Assembly (NCBI GenBank): GCA_030754995.1
Contig: JASLZG010000002.1
Location: forward strand, 11,867 to 51,663
Length of the DNA stretch: 39,797 bases
Reading direction: 5' to 3'
DNA from: Lentisphaeria bacterium
Lineage (GTDB): Bacteria > Verrucomicrobiota > Lentisphaeria > JABSQK01 > CAJWLW01
Under the pieces are notes generated by a model, which searched no databases, was not told the origin of the DNA, and saw only the letters and a program-made list of their open reading frames with translations. Positions 15,560 to 23,467 of the stretch are shown piece after piece; the first letter of the stretch is position 1, and each line of letters starts with the position of its first letter. The position numbers were made by a program, and so were the translations under genes.

Positions 15560-18340
15560 CTATCGGCGGAAGTCCGGCAACCCGCGGATTTCCTGTGTAC
15601 GGATCGGCTGCCCAGCCGGGTTGACGAGGCGAGCTGTAACGAAGATCAGCAGATTGCGCTTTTCGCTGCGCGAGACATCACTCCGAAATATCCGGCCAAT
15701 CAGCGGCATATCTCCGAGGAACGGGATCCTGTCATCGATGCTCGTGACATGCTCGGTTATCATGCCGCCGAGCACGACGGTCTCGCCGTCCCAGACGATG
15801 ACCTTCGTCTGAACTTTGCGGCGGGAAATGACCGGCATCTGCAGGATGGCATCGATCGTGTTGCCTTCCACCGTTACCTCGTAACTGTAGTCATCGAACT
15901 GGAGGAACTGTACCACTTCGGGCTCGAGGTCGAGGTCGATGGAGTAACCGTCCGCGGCGACGGTCGGAGTGACGATCATGATCACACCGACCTCGGTTGC
16001 TTCGCCGAACTGCGGGATAGCCGGCGTGAACGAAGCGCCCGTCGTGGTGCCGCCGGAAGCACTGCCTGCCTGGAATTCCGGTTCCGTCCAGTCCTCCGGG
16101 AAGAACCGTTCCTGGACCATCTTGATGACGGCGGTTTCACCGCTCAGCGTCGTCACTTTGGGCGCCGAGAGGACATCGGTACTGGAGGACTGCTCGAGCG
16201 CATGGATGATTGTGCGGTACTGGATGTTGCCAAGGATGCTGTCGAACTTGAGCAGGTTGTCGTTGGAGGTGGTGAGGCCTTGATCGTTGGCGAAACGCAG
16301 GCCGCCACTGATGGTCTCCGTTGCGCCGGGGCCTTGCTTGAAGATCTTTATCTGGCCGTAACGTCCCCGGCTCAGAACCATGTCTGTCGTGGCGGCAGTC
16401 GGGTCGGTAAGGCTGCCGGTAGGCTCGCCGAGCAGCAGCCATTCAAAACCGAGCTCGTTTATGTCGGTCTGGGCGACTTCGACAAACTTCGACTCGATAG
16501 TCACCTGGGTCGGGCTCCTGTTCAATTCGCGCAGGATCTGCTCGATGAGCCGCAGGTTGTCCGGTGTGTTGGTGACAATCAGCTTGCTGGTCCGGGCGTC
16601 GTAGTCGATCTTCGCCTTGGTCGGGAATTCAACACCCTTGTTGGCGAAAAACTCGAGCGGATCGATGTCGAACAACTCGCCGCCGTCGTCGTCATCGTCT
16701 TCGAAACCGCCGACAGTGTCACGAGTTGCCTTCGAGCGGATCACACCGGCTTCGACAGAGTAGAAGCGTGTTTCCATTTCGTCAAACTCTTCACCAGCCG
16801 CGGCAATGATGACGGCATATGGCTCGATTCGGAACTTGAGGTCGGCGCCACGGCAGATGTACCGGATCGCTTCGCCCAAAGGGATGTTGTCGAAGTCGAG
16901 GGTGACGGTGCGGGTTTCGATCCCGATGGGTCCTTCGGCGGCTATGGGATCTTCGACGGTGCCGAAATCTCCACCCATGTCGTCCTCGCCGAAGTCATCC
17001 ATATTGAAATCACCACCACCGAAATCACCACCACCACCGAAATCGCCACCACCACCGAAATCGCCGTCCATCTGGTCATCCGCGGGTGCCGCGCCGAAAC
17101 CGCCGCCAACAACCTCCTTCTGTTGAAGAATCATAATGTTGATGCCTTCGTTCTCCGGATCACGTTCCTTGCTGACGTCTTTGATGTGGGTGATGACCGT
17201 TCGGATGGTCGCATCTTCAAACAGCAGTTTGGGAATAACGATTTCTTTGAGTTTCCGGCGGATGCCGTCCGTGTCGCTGACGTTCTTGACCACCGTAGTT
17301 GTATTGATCTCGATGCCGTCGGGCTGAACCAGCGGGGCAACAGGATCGGCCCATTTCCAGCCGACCTCGGCGAGACGCTCGGCCTTCATGATGGCGAAGC
17401 GGTGGTCGCTGTTGTCGTCGAGGCGGTCGTTAAGCCGACGCAGGAACTTGCTGGCGGTGACGTTGTAGATGTCCTTGAGCAGGACCTGCTCGAAGTGCAG
17501 GCGGGCGTCCATGAAGCGGCCGTTGTCGTAGAACACCTGGCCCTGCCGGAGCAGGATTTCAACATCCTTGTCCCGGGCGACTTTACCTGGGTCGACGGCA
17601 TCGGGAGCAGTCTGGATGTGGATATCGGCGGCTTCCTGCGCCTGGTATAACATCTTGATCTTCTCACGAATCCCCTCGGCGCGCGTCGGGCTTTTGTCAA
17701 TTGCCAGTTGCAGTTTCTTGATGGCGGAGTCGAAGTCGTCGTTCGAGGCGTGACGCATCGCCTGGCGGCCAAGCTCATCTGCCCATTCTTCGTAAGTAAA
17801 GCCCAGAATCTTGTCAAGCTGTGCCTGCTCCACTTCGTAGCGTGTCGGCGAGGCTTCTTCGAGTTTCTTCTGAGCCGAAATAAAATTAGTGACAGCGGTC
17901 TCGTAGTCGCCTTTCAAGTAGGCTTGGCGGCCTTTGAAATAAAGGTCCTGGGCGAACAGCTCTTTCTCCTGGCGGATGGCATTCTCGTTGGCTTTGATCT
18001 CCTCAGGCGATTTCAACTGCAGGTCGTCGGGATCGACTGCGTTGACGATCCCACCGGGATCGTCAACGACATCCTCGTCGTCAACGACATCCTCGTTGAA
18101 TTCGATGATGTCGAGATTTTCGGCGTCGTCGGCGTCGTCGGTAAAATCTTCATCGTTTTCGGCGCCGTCATCCTCGACATCATCAACTTCATCGAAATCT
18201 TCGAAGTCGGCGTCGAAGTCGGCGTCGAAATCGGCATCCTGGGCTGCCACGGGAGGGACAGTGACGAGGCTGAATACGGCACCGAGACAGAGAAGCAGCA
18301 AGGCACAGCGCAGTTGATTGATAGTGACGAGTCTGTTCAT
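15560..18340 (-). CDS. Outer-membrane secretin (GspD/PilQ family) with a long acidic, repeat-rich N-terminal extension
   Basis: The C-terminal secretin domain reads ...ISRRKVQTKVIVWDGETVVLGGMITEHVTSIDDRIPFLGDMPLIGRIFRSDVSRSEKRNLLIFVTARLV. The ATG at 18340 has GGAGAG 9 nt upstream and gives a signal peptide (MNRLVTINQLRCALLLLCLGAVFSLVTVPPVAAQ). An alternative ATG at 18376 overlaps the upstream stop (ATGA). Confidence 0.9.
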   Translation of the reverse strand: MNRLVTINQLRCALLLLCLGAVFSLVTVPPVAAQDADFDADFDADFEDFDEVDDVEDDGAENDEDFTDDADDAENLDIIEFNEDVVDDEDVVDDPGGIVNAVDPDDLQLKSPEEIKANENAIRQEKELFAQDLYFKGRQAYLKGDYETAVTNFISAQKKLEEASPTRYEVEQAQLDKILGFTYEEWADELGRQAMRHASNDDFDSAIKKLQLAIDKSPTRAEGIREKIKMLYQAQEAADIHIQTAPDAVDPGKVARDKDVEILLRQGQVFYDNGRFMDARLHFEQVLLKDIYNVTASKFLRRLNDRLDDNSDHRFAIMKAERLAEVGWKWADPVAPLVQPDGIEINTTTVVKNVSDTDGIRRKLKEIVIPKLLFEDATIRTVITHIKDVSKERDPENEGINIMILQQKEVVGGGFGAAPADDQMDGDFGGGGDFGGGGDFGGGDFNMDDFGEDDMGGDFGTVEDPIAAEGPIGIETRTVTLDFDNIPLGEAIRYICRGADLKFRIEPYAVIIAAAGEEFDEMETRFYSVEAGVIRSKATRDTVGGFEDDDDDGGELFDIDPLEFFANKGVEFPTKAKIDYDARTSKLIVTNTPDNLRLIEQILRELNRSPTQVTIESKFVEVAQTDINELGFEWLLLGEPTGSLTDPTAATTDMVLSRGRYGQIKIFKQGPGATETISGGLRFANDQGLTTSNDNLLKFDSILGNIQYRTIIHALEQSSSTDVLSAPKVTTLSGETAVIKMVQERFFPEDWTEPEFQAGSASGGTTTGASFTPAIPQFGEATEVGVIMIVTPTVAADGYSIDLDLEPEVVQFLQFDDYSYEVTVEGNTIDAILQMPVISRRKVQTKVIVWDGETVVLGGMITEHVTSIDDRIPFLGDMPLIGRIFRSDVSRSEKRNLLIFVTARLVNPAGQPIRTQEIRGLPDFRR
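17006..17065 (-). repeat. In-frame 15/18-nt tandem repeats encoding (G)3-4DF units inside the secretin
   Basis: gaaatcaccaccacc / gaaatcaccaccaccacc / gaaatcgccaccaccacc / gaaatcgcc. The protein reads DGDFGGGGDFGGGGDFGGGDF. Confidence 0.9.
18061..18096 (-). repeat. Perfect 18-nt tandem duplication in the secretin N-terminal acidic region
   Basis: cgtcaacgacatcctcgt occurs twice (18061-18078 and 18079-18096). The protein reads EDVVDDEDVVDD. Confidence 0.9.
18203..18238 (-). repeat. 12-nt tandem repeat, three copies, encoding DADF units just after the secretin signal peptide
   Basis: gaagtcggcgtc / gaagtcggcgtc / gaaatcggcatc. The protein reads DADFDADFDADF. Confidence 0.9.
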
Positions 18341-18372
18341 ATGGTATTTCTCTCCAGTGGTTGATGAAGTTT

Positions 18373-19641
18373 TCATGGGGTCAAAAATCGGTTTTGCGCC
18401 GGAAAGCCGTCCGGTCGGCTGTCGCGTTTACCAAACCCTTCGTAGTTGCCTTCGAAGCGCCGTTCCTCTTTCTTCCTGAAAAAGCGTTTCTTGTCTTCGG
18501 AGTTCGGCTTGCGAATTACATGGCGGTCGGACTTGCCTTCGATCGTCAGCTTATGTTTGGATTCTTCGGTGATTTTGTATTTCTCGATTCGCCCGCTGCG
18601 GGATTTGAGTTCGAATTCGACGTTTTTCTTCACCAGGAACTGTTTGAACGGCTTCTTGCCGTAGAGCAGGATGAACTGGAATGCCGGTTCACTTTCCGGC
18701 ACGCGCTTGTTGGGGTGCACGCGGATGAGATCGCCGTTCTCGCGTTGCACTTGAACCTCGAACACCCGCCGTTTGCGCTTGATGTTGTGTTCGTCGATCC
18801 GTTCTATTTCTTCGTAGTGAACCTCGACGAGTTTGTATTCGGTTTCATGAATGTTTTGCCCCAGCTTGTGGATGCGGGTGGTGCCACCAACGTTCATGTG
18901 GATCTGCCAGTTGCGCTTGTCGTCTGGCGGATAGGGCACAACAGTCTGCAGTAAGAAAGGCAATGCCTTGGTCTTTTTGCTTTTCCAGCGCAGGCGTGTA
19001 ATGAGCAGCGGATAGGATTTCGGGTTTTCAGGGTTGGTAGACGCGGTGAATTCTTCGTGGTTGGAGAACTGATCCTTGTCCAGATCGCCTTTGGCATCGC
19101 GGGGGTCGTTCTGGTCGAGCCCGAAATCCTTCTCCCATTTGTCCGGCATGCCGTCGTTGTCGGAATCTGCACCGACAAGAAGGACGCTTGTCCCACTGCC
19201 CTCGTTGTCGTCATCCTCCGGGGGAGGAACGACCGTGAATGGAATCTCCGGCTCTTGGGTGGTGGTGTTGACCGGCATTCCGTAATACATGAGGAACGGC
19301 TTACCGCTCATGCTATACATGTACCGGCCTGGAGCCATCGCCGTGATCGGATAGAGCGGGTGGTATTTCGCGAGTTGTTCGTCCACCTCGAAGTCGTCGC
19401 CATCAACGAAGCCGGTGTCCCACATGAGGCTGTCATCTTTGCCGATATCGATGTGGAAGGTCTTTTTGTCGAGCACCGTGACTAATTTGCTGGAAAAATC
19501 CGCTTCCATCTCTGTGTCCGCCTGCTCGACGGCAAACCGGGTCTCTTTCATGCTGCACGATTGGATCGTCATCACACCGATGAGGGCCAGCAGCAGGATG
19601 CCGAGAATCAACTTGTCGTAGAATTTTTTCAGCAAATCCAC
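18373..19641 (-). CDS. Probable lipoprotein in the PilP position, with a thrombospondin-type-3-like acidic Ca-binding motif
   Basis: GTG start at 19641. The N-terminus LILGILLLALIGVMTIQSC is a signal/lipobox-like sequence. It contains DSDNDGMPDKWEKDFGLDQNDPRDAKGDLDKDQFSNHEEF. The basic C-terminal half looks beta-rich. The stop overlaps the alternative secretin ATG (ATGA). Confidence 0.7.
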   Translation of the reverse strand: MDLLKKFYDKLILGILLLALIGVMTIQSCSMKETRFAVEQADTEMEADFSSKLVTVLDKKTFHIDIGKDDSLMWDTGFVDGDDFEVDEQLAKYHPLYPITAMAPGRYMYSMSGKPFLMYYGMPVNTTTQEPEIPFTVVPPPEDDDNEGSGTSVLLVGADSDNDGMPDKWEKDFGLDQNDPRDAKGDLDKDQFSNHEEFTASTNPENPKSYPLLITRLRWKSKKTKALPFLLQTVVPYPPDDKRNWQIHMNVGGTTRIHKLGQNIHETEYKLVEVHYEEIERIDEHNIKRKRRVFEVQVQRENGDLIRVHPNKRVPESEPAFQFILLYGKKPFKQFLVKKNVEFELKSRSGRIEKYKITEESKHKLTIEGKSDRHVIRKPNSEDKKRFFRKKEERRFEGNYEGFGKRDSRPDGFPAQNRFLTP

Positions 19642-19644
19642 TTA

Positions 19645-20646
19645 TCAGCCTTCGCGGTCGTGGAATTCATAATATGCGAGCAGAATCTTCGCTTGCAGCA
19701 GCGGGTATTTCATAAACACAATTCGGTCGTGCTGTTGCAACTGATTTATCAATGACGACTCGGGGTCGGACTCGGAGTCGTCGACCTTGCCCACGTCCCG
19801 GGTCCGCCGCGCGCTGTTCATCCTGTCGTTCATCCTGTCGGGCATCCTGTCGTTCATCCTGTCGTTCATCCTGTCGGGCATCCTGTCGTTCATCCTGTCG
19901 GTCGTCTTGTCGGTCGTCTTGTTGCTCAAATCGGACAGGCTATCCGCAACCGCTTCAATATCAATCTTGCGAAGGACGAAAAAGTATTTGGAGCTGTGCA
20001 GGGAATTGAGAAAGTGTACAATGCTGGCGTGCTTGCCGACCATGTCGATTTCGAACTCGACGTAGCTATGCAGGTCCATGCTCGTCGGTTCGAGTTCATC
20101 ACGATTGATTGTGGTGACTTGAGTGACCTCGGAGCCAGCGAGGAGGTTTACCAGTTCATCCATGATCTCCAACTGCTTCACGATCATGAAAATCTGGCGC
20201 GGGTTCGGAAAGACATCCCGTGCCCGGTAGGGCCCGAAGGTGAAATCCTTGAGACTTTCCGGGATCTCGATATTCTCGCCGCGCAATTTGTTCTCCATGA
20301 CTCTGGACCGGCGACCGATCAGGTTTTTCACCTGTCCCGGGGTCATGTCGGGGTCGGACTGAGGCTGGACATTGTAGCGATCGACAATCTCACTGAGTGT
20401 CGCAGTGAAGTTTTTCTCAGCCATCTCGGCATTCGACTTGGCCACGTTCTCGTTCTTTGGCGACAACATCCACTCGAACTTGGTGAATGCACGAGCCGAG
20501 GCCCGCACTTCCTCAACCTGCTCCTTGTATTGGTTGACTTTCGACTGTTTCGAGATGGTGTCCCATCCCGCCACAGCGGTGAGGCCCAGGCAGATTACAC
20601 CGAATACGGCCAGGAACAGATTCCCCTTGACGAAATCTACAATCAT
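19645..20646 (-). CDS. Bitopic coiled-coil protein, PilO-position, Amuc_1100-like
   Basis: It has an N-terminal TM helix (LFLAVFGVICLGLTAVAGW), a helical region, and an alpha/beta C-terminal module. From memory, several blocks parallel Akkermansia Amuc_1100. TPGQVKNLI parallels TPTAFQNEL. LVNLLAGSEV parallels LVNKLAECGL. YFFVLRKIDIE parallels YLFTVNSIRIR. The terminal beta-strand ...AKILLAYYEF parallels ...VSLNLVHF. Confidence 0.7.
   Translation of the reverse strand: MIVDFVKGNLFLAVFGVICLGLTAVAGWDTISKQSKVNQYKEQVEEVRASARAFTKFEWMLSPKNENVAKSNAEMAEKNFTATLSEIVDRYNVQPQSDPDMTPGQVKNLIGRRSRVMENKLRGENIEIPESLKDFTFGPYRARDVFPNPRQIFMIVKQLEIMDELVNLLAGSEVTQVTTINRDELEPTSMDLHSYVEFEIDMVGKHASIVHFLNSLHSSKYFFVLRKIDIEAVADSLSDLSNKTTDKTTDRMNDRMPDRMNDRMNDRMPDRMNDRMNSARRTRDVGKVDDSESDPESSLINQLQQHDRIVFMKYPLLQAKILLAYYEFHDREG
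19816..19923 (-). repeat. Nine in-frame 12-nt tandem repeats (gttcatcctgtc and variants) inside the Amuc_1100-like gene
   Basis: The units follow the pattern A A B A A B A C C. They encode TDKTTDKTTDRMNDRMPDRMNDRMNDRMPDRMNDRMN, that is tetrapeptide repeats x-x-D-[KR]. Confidence 0.9.
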
Positions 20647-20667
20647 GACATGATACCTTGGGGCTGC

Positions 20668-22665
20668 CTAATGCGAAAGGCTGATGGGGGTGATCAACTT
20701 TACCTGGATCCTGAATGAAGAGAGATTGCGGAATCCCAGTCTCTCACGGGTCTCAAGTTCCAGCATTCGCGTTTCTTCCGGATCATCTGAAAAGGCCGGC
20801 AAATCCCGGATGGCACTAACGAGCAGTTCGGGTAACTGGGTGCTCTGGGTCACCCGGTTCGGCGGCGGTCCGAACTCTTCAATCTCAACGACTGTTGCGG
20901 CCAATTCTTCCGGTTCCTCGGCGGCTGCTTCATCGGGGTCAGCAACCGCATCCTCCGGCGCCGCATCCTCTGTGTCCAAGCCAGCCTCCTCGCGGATCTG
21001 AGCCCGGACTCCTTCGGTTATGGCATCGAACTGAGCCATCTGCTCATCACTGTATATTTTGCGGTCGGGTATGTTAACGCTGTGGCCGGAGATTACAAAC
21101 CAGACAGCCTCCTCCTCGACAATCTCCTCCGCTACCGCTTCAGCCTGTCCGATAAGCTGAGGCGCCATGAAAAAACCGCCGCGTTTCGGCTTCTTTTCTT
21201 CGATGATTTCCTCTTCGTCCGGTTTGATGTATTGCGGTTTATCGATATGCTCAATCTTGACAAACCACATGTCGTTTGGCTTGACCAGTTGCAAATCACG
21301 ATACAGCTCACTCCAGGCGTAGCGGTCCGAAATCAGCTTGCGAAGCTCCTCCGCCTTCTGTTGCGCCTGGAGCGCCTCGTTCTGGTGCCGGTTGATGGCG
21401 CGTTTGTGGTCCTTCAATTTCTCCACCCGCACCTGGGTCGCATCCATCGTATCGCGATACAGGACGATCTTTTTGGCGTTGACCACCCAGAATACGCCCA
21501 GAATCAGGAGCCAGATCACCATAGCCATGAGAATAAACGGCTTGCGCTTGGAGAACAGCTGTAACTGCTTGATCGAATCCGGGATCAGCGACACTTCCAC
21601 CGGACACTGGATCAAATGGCGCAGGCCGACGCCAACCGCTTCGGGATACGCGTGGGCATATTGCTGCAGATCGTCGACGGACAAATCCGGCCCGAGTTTG
21701 ATGATCTTGAAGGGGTTGAGGTAGCTCACGTCCATACGCAGCTTCTCGGAAAAGAAATGGTCCGTGAATGCCATCGTGGAGCTGCCACCGGAAAGATACA
21801 GGTGCGCCGGCTTGTTGCCTTTCTGCTGCGTGCGGTAGACGCTGATCGAACGGTTGACCTCGCCGTGCAGACGCGTCATGACGTTGCGCACGATCTTTGA
21901 GATCGTAGCTGCTACTTCTGACTCAGGTTCTTCATAGGCACCGCCAAGGGCAACGAATCCATGGCGACGCTTGAGAATCTCGGCCTCTTCCGGGCTGATT
22001 GCGAACTCCTTGGCGATCTGCTGGGTGATCGAGTAGCCCGCAATGGGAATGGTGCGTGCGAAGAAACGGTCGCCGTCGAGAAACAGCAGATTGGTACAGC
22101 GCCCGCCGATATTGAGGATCATGACGCATTCGTCATCGCCGACATGGTTGGCACGGGCCACGTTATAGAGCGCCGCCGGAGCGAAATCCACCAAATCCGG
22201 CTTGAGCCCGACATTGTTTACGGCTTCGATGACGCCTTCGACGATATCATTCTTGATGACAACGAACATCACCTCGAGCTCGTCGTCCTCGCCGCCGATG
22301 AGCTGGTAGTCCCAGATCACCTCGTCCATCGGGAACGGCACGTTCTGCCTTGCCTCGTATTCAACGATCTGGCGGACTCGCGACTCCTCCTCGGTCACCG
22401 GCGGCAACTTCACGAAACGCATGAAGGCGGCCTGGCCGCTTACGCAGACGAAAGTGCGGGTGGTCGTGAAACCACCCTCTTCCAGCGCCGAACGCAGCGC
22501 TGCGGAGATGATCAGACTGCGATTCTCCTCCGTCAGTTGCTCGGTGTACTCCACCTGCATGTAACCCAGAAGAATGAAGCCGCCACCCGCGGGGAAATCG
22601 AATTCGCAGACGCGCACACCAGTCGACCCAATGTCGAGAACCAGCACTTGATCGGTCTTTGCCAT
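20668..22665 (-). CDS. pilM: PilM-like actin-fold assembly ATPase fused to a PilN-like bitopic segment plus an acidic C-terminal extension
   Basis: The N-terminus VLVLDIGSTGVRVCEF... and the SGGSS motif (LYLSGGSSTMAF) are typical of PilM/FtsA-like proteins. A TM helix follows (PFILMAMVIWLLILGVFWVVNA), then a coiled coil. About 190 further residues include an Asp/Glu/Ala-rich linker. Confidence 0.8.
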   Translation of the reverse strand: MAKTDQVLVLDIGSTGVRVCEFDFPAGGGFILLGYMQVEYTEQLTEENRSLIISAALRSALEEGGFTTTRTFVCVSGQAAFMRFVKLPPVTEEESRVRQIVEYEARQNVPFPMDEVIWDYQLIGGEDDELEVMFVVIKNDIVEGVIEAVNNVGLKPDLVDFAPAALYNVARANHVGDDECVMILNIGGRCTNLLFLDGDRFFARTIPIAGYSITQQIAKEFAISPEEAEILKRRHGFVALGGAYEEPESEVAATISKIVRNVMTRLHGEVNRSISVYRTQQKGNKPAHLYLSGGSSTMAFTDHFFSEKLRMDVSYLNPFKIIKLGPDLSVDDLQQYAHAYPEAVGVGLRHLIQCPVEVSLIPDSIKQLQLFSKRKPFILMAMVIWLLILGVFWVVNAKKIVLYRDTMDATQVRVEKLKDHKRAINRHQNEALQAQQKAEELRKLISDRYAWSELYRDLQLVKPNDMWFVKIEHIDKPQYIKPDEEEIIEEKKPKRGGFFMAPQLIGQAEAVAEEIVEEEAVWFVISGHSVNIPDRKIYSDEQMAQFDAITEGVRAQIREEAGLDTEDAAPEDAVADPDEAAAEEPEELAATVVEIEEFGPPPNRVTQSTQLPELLVSAIRDLPAFSDDPEETRMLELETRERLGFRNLSSFRIQVKLITPISLSH

Positions 22666-22757
22666 ATACCTGACAAGCCTCTTGATTTAGAGCCCTTCGC
22701 GCCTTCTCTCAGGCTTCGACGGACTGCAGTCTGCAACCGTAGCAGTGGTTGCAAAAG

Positions 22758-23450
22758 TTATTCGTAATTGACGATGTATTCGAAGGCGCCCAGGGACGAA
22801 TCACGCCACGGGGTTTCCGCCTTGCTCAACAACCCAAAGGATGACTCGGACACATCTTCCGAGGAGAACCACGTCTGCTTCGAGCGCGTCCGCGGAAAAA
22901 ACTTCCTGGCCTCGCTCATCCGGATCGTCGCCTTGGTCCCGCGCATCCAGCCTTTCGCCCGGGTCTTGCCGCCGACCGATGCCGACACTTCGACAAATAT
23001 CCCCTTGCCGTGGTCGATCAATCGGTCTTTGAAACGGTCGTATATGCGCGGCTCTATGAAGATCACGGCCCGATGTCCAGGTCCGATTTCGACGTTGCCG
23101 TAGGTCACGGCCTTGGCCAATCGGGTAGACTTCCGCTCGGAGGCGTCGCCCCTTTCGTTTTCTCCACACAGCACGACCCTCCAGGCGAAAACACATTCAC
23201 TGAGCCACAGGTCGTCCTGCTGGTCCGCCCTTATTTTGGCGCCTTTGGCGATGACCACTTCGTACTCGACGTCAACCCGCAAAAACTCGGTCTTGGTGTC
23301 TGGTGCGACACCGGCCATGGCCGGCGCCGAGTTCGGGGTTTTCGATTTTGACATTTTCATATCGGTGATGTTGATGCTGAGTTGATCGTCGAGGTTCTGC
23401 GCCCAACCCGTCACGGCTGCCAGCATCAAGGCAATCATCAAGAATCGCAT
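22758..23450 (-). CDS. Secreted hypothetical protein, first gene of the secretin cluster
   Basis: AAGGAG RBS 7 nt before the ATG at 23450. Signal peptide MRFLMIALMLAAVTGWAQN. About 210 mature residues that look beta-rich. The longer ORF to 23594 has no RBS or signal peptide. Confidence 0.7.
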   Translation of the reverse strand: MRFLMIALMLAAVTGWAQNLDDQLSINITDMKMSKSKTPNSAPAMAGVAPDTKTEFLRVDVEYEVVIAKGAKIRADQQDDLWLSECVFAWRVVLCGENERGDASERKSTRLAKAVTYGNVEIGPGHRAVIFIEPRIYDRFKDRLIDHGKGIFVEVSASVGGKTRAKGWMRGTKATIRMSEARKFFPRTRSKQTWFSSEDVSESSFGLLSKAETPWRDSSLGAFEYIVNYE

Positions 23451-23467
23451 TGACCGTCTCCTTTGCG

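Noticed and set aside
15548-17650. A 700-aa ORF on the plus strand, and similar long ORFs at 27279-28778 (-), 34646-36100 (+), 24619-25668 (+), 26342-27316 (-), 31320-32624 (+), 3054-3965 (-) and 2114-2926 (-).
   Set aside because: Each lies antisense to, or out of frame with, a gene that has clear family motifs (secretin, asnS, secA, guaB, J-protein, rny/rarA, acyl-CoA synthetase, VIT-VWA). Their translations are Arg/Gly/Ala/Pro-rich low-complexity sequence, which is typical of spurious open frames in high-GC DNA.
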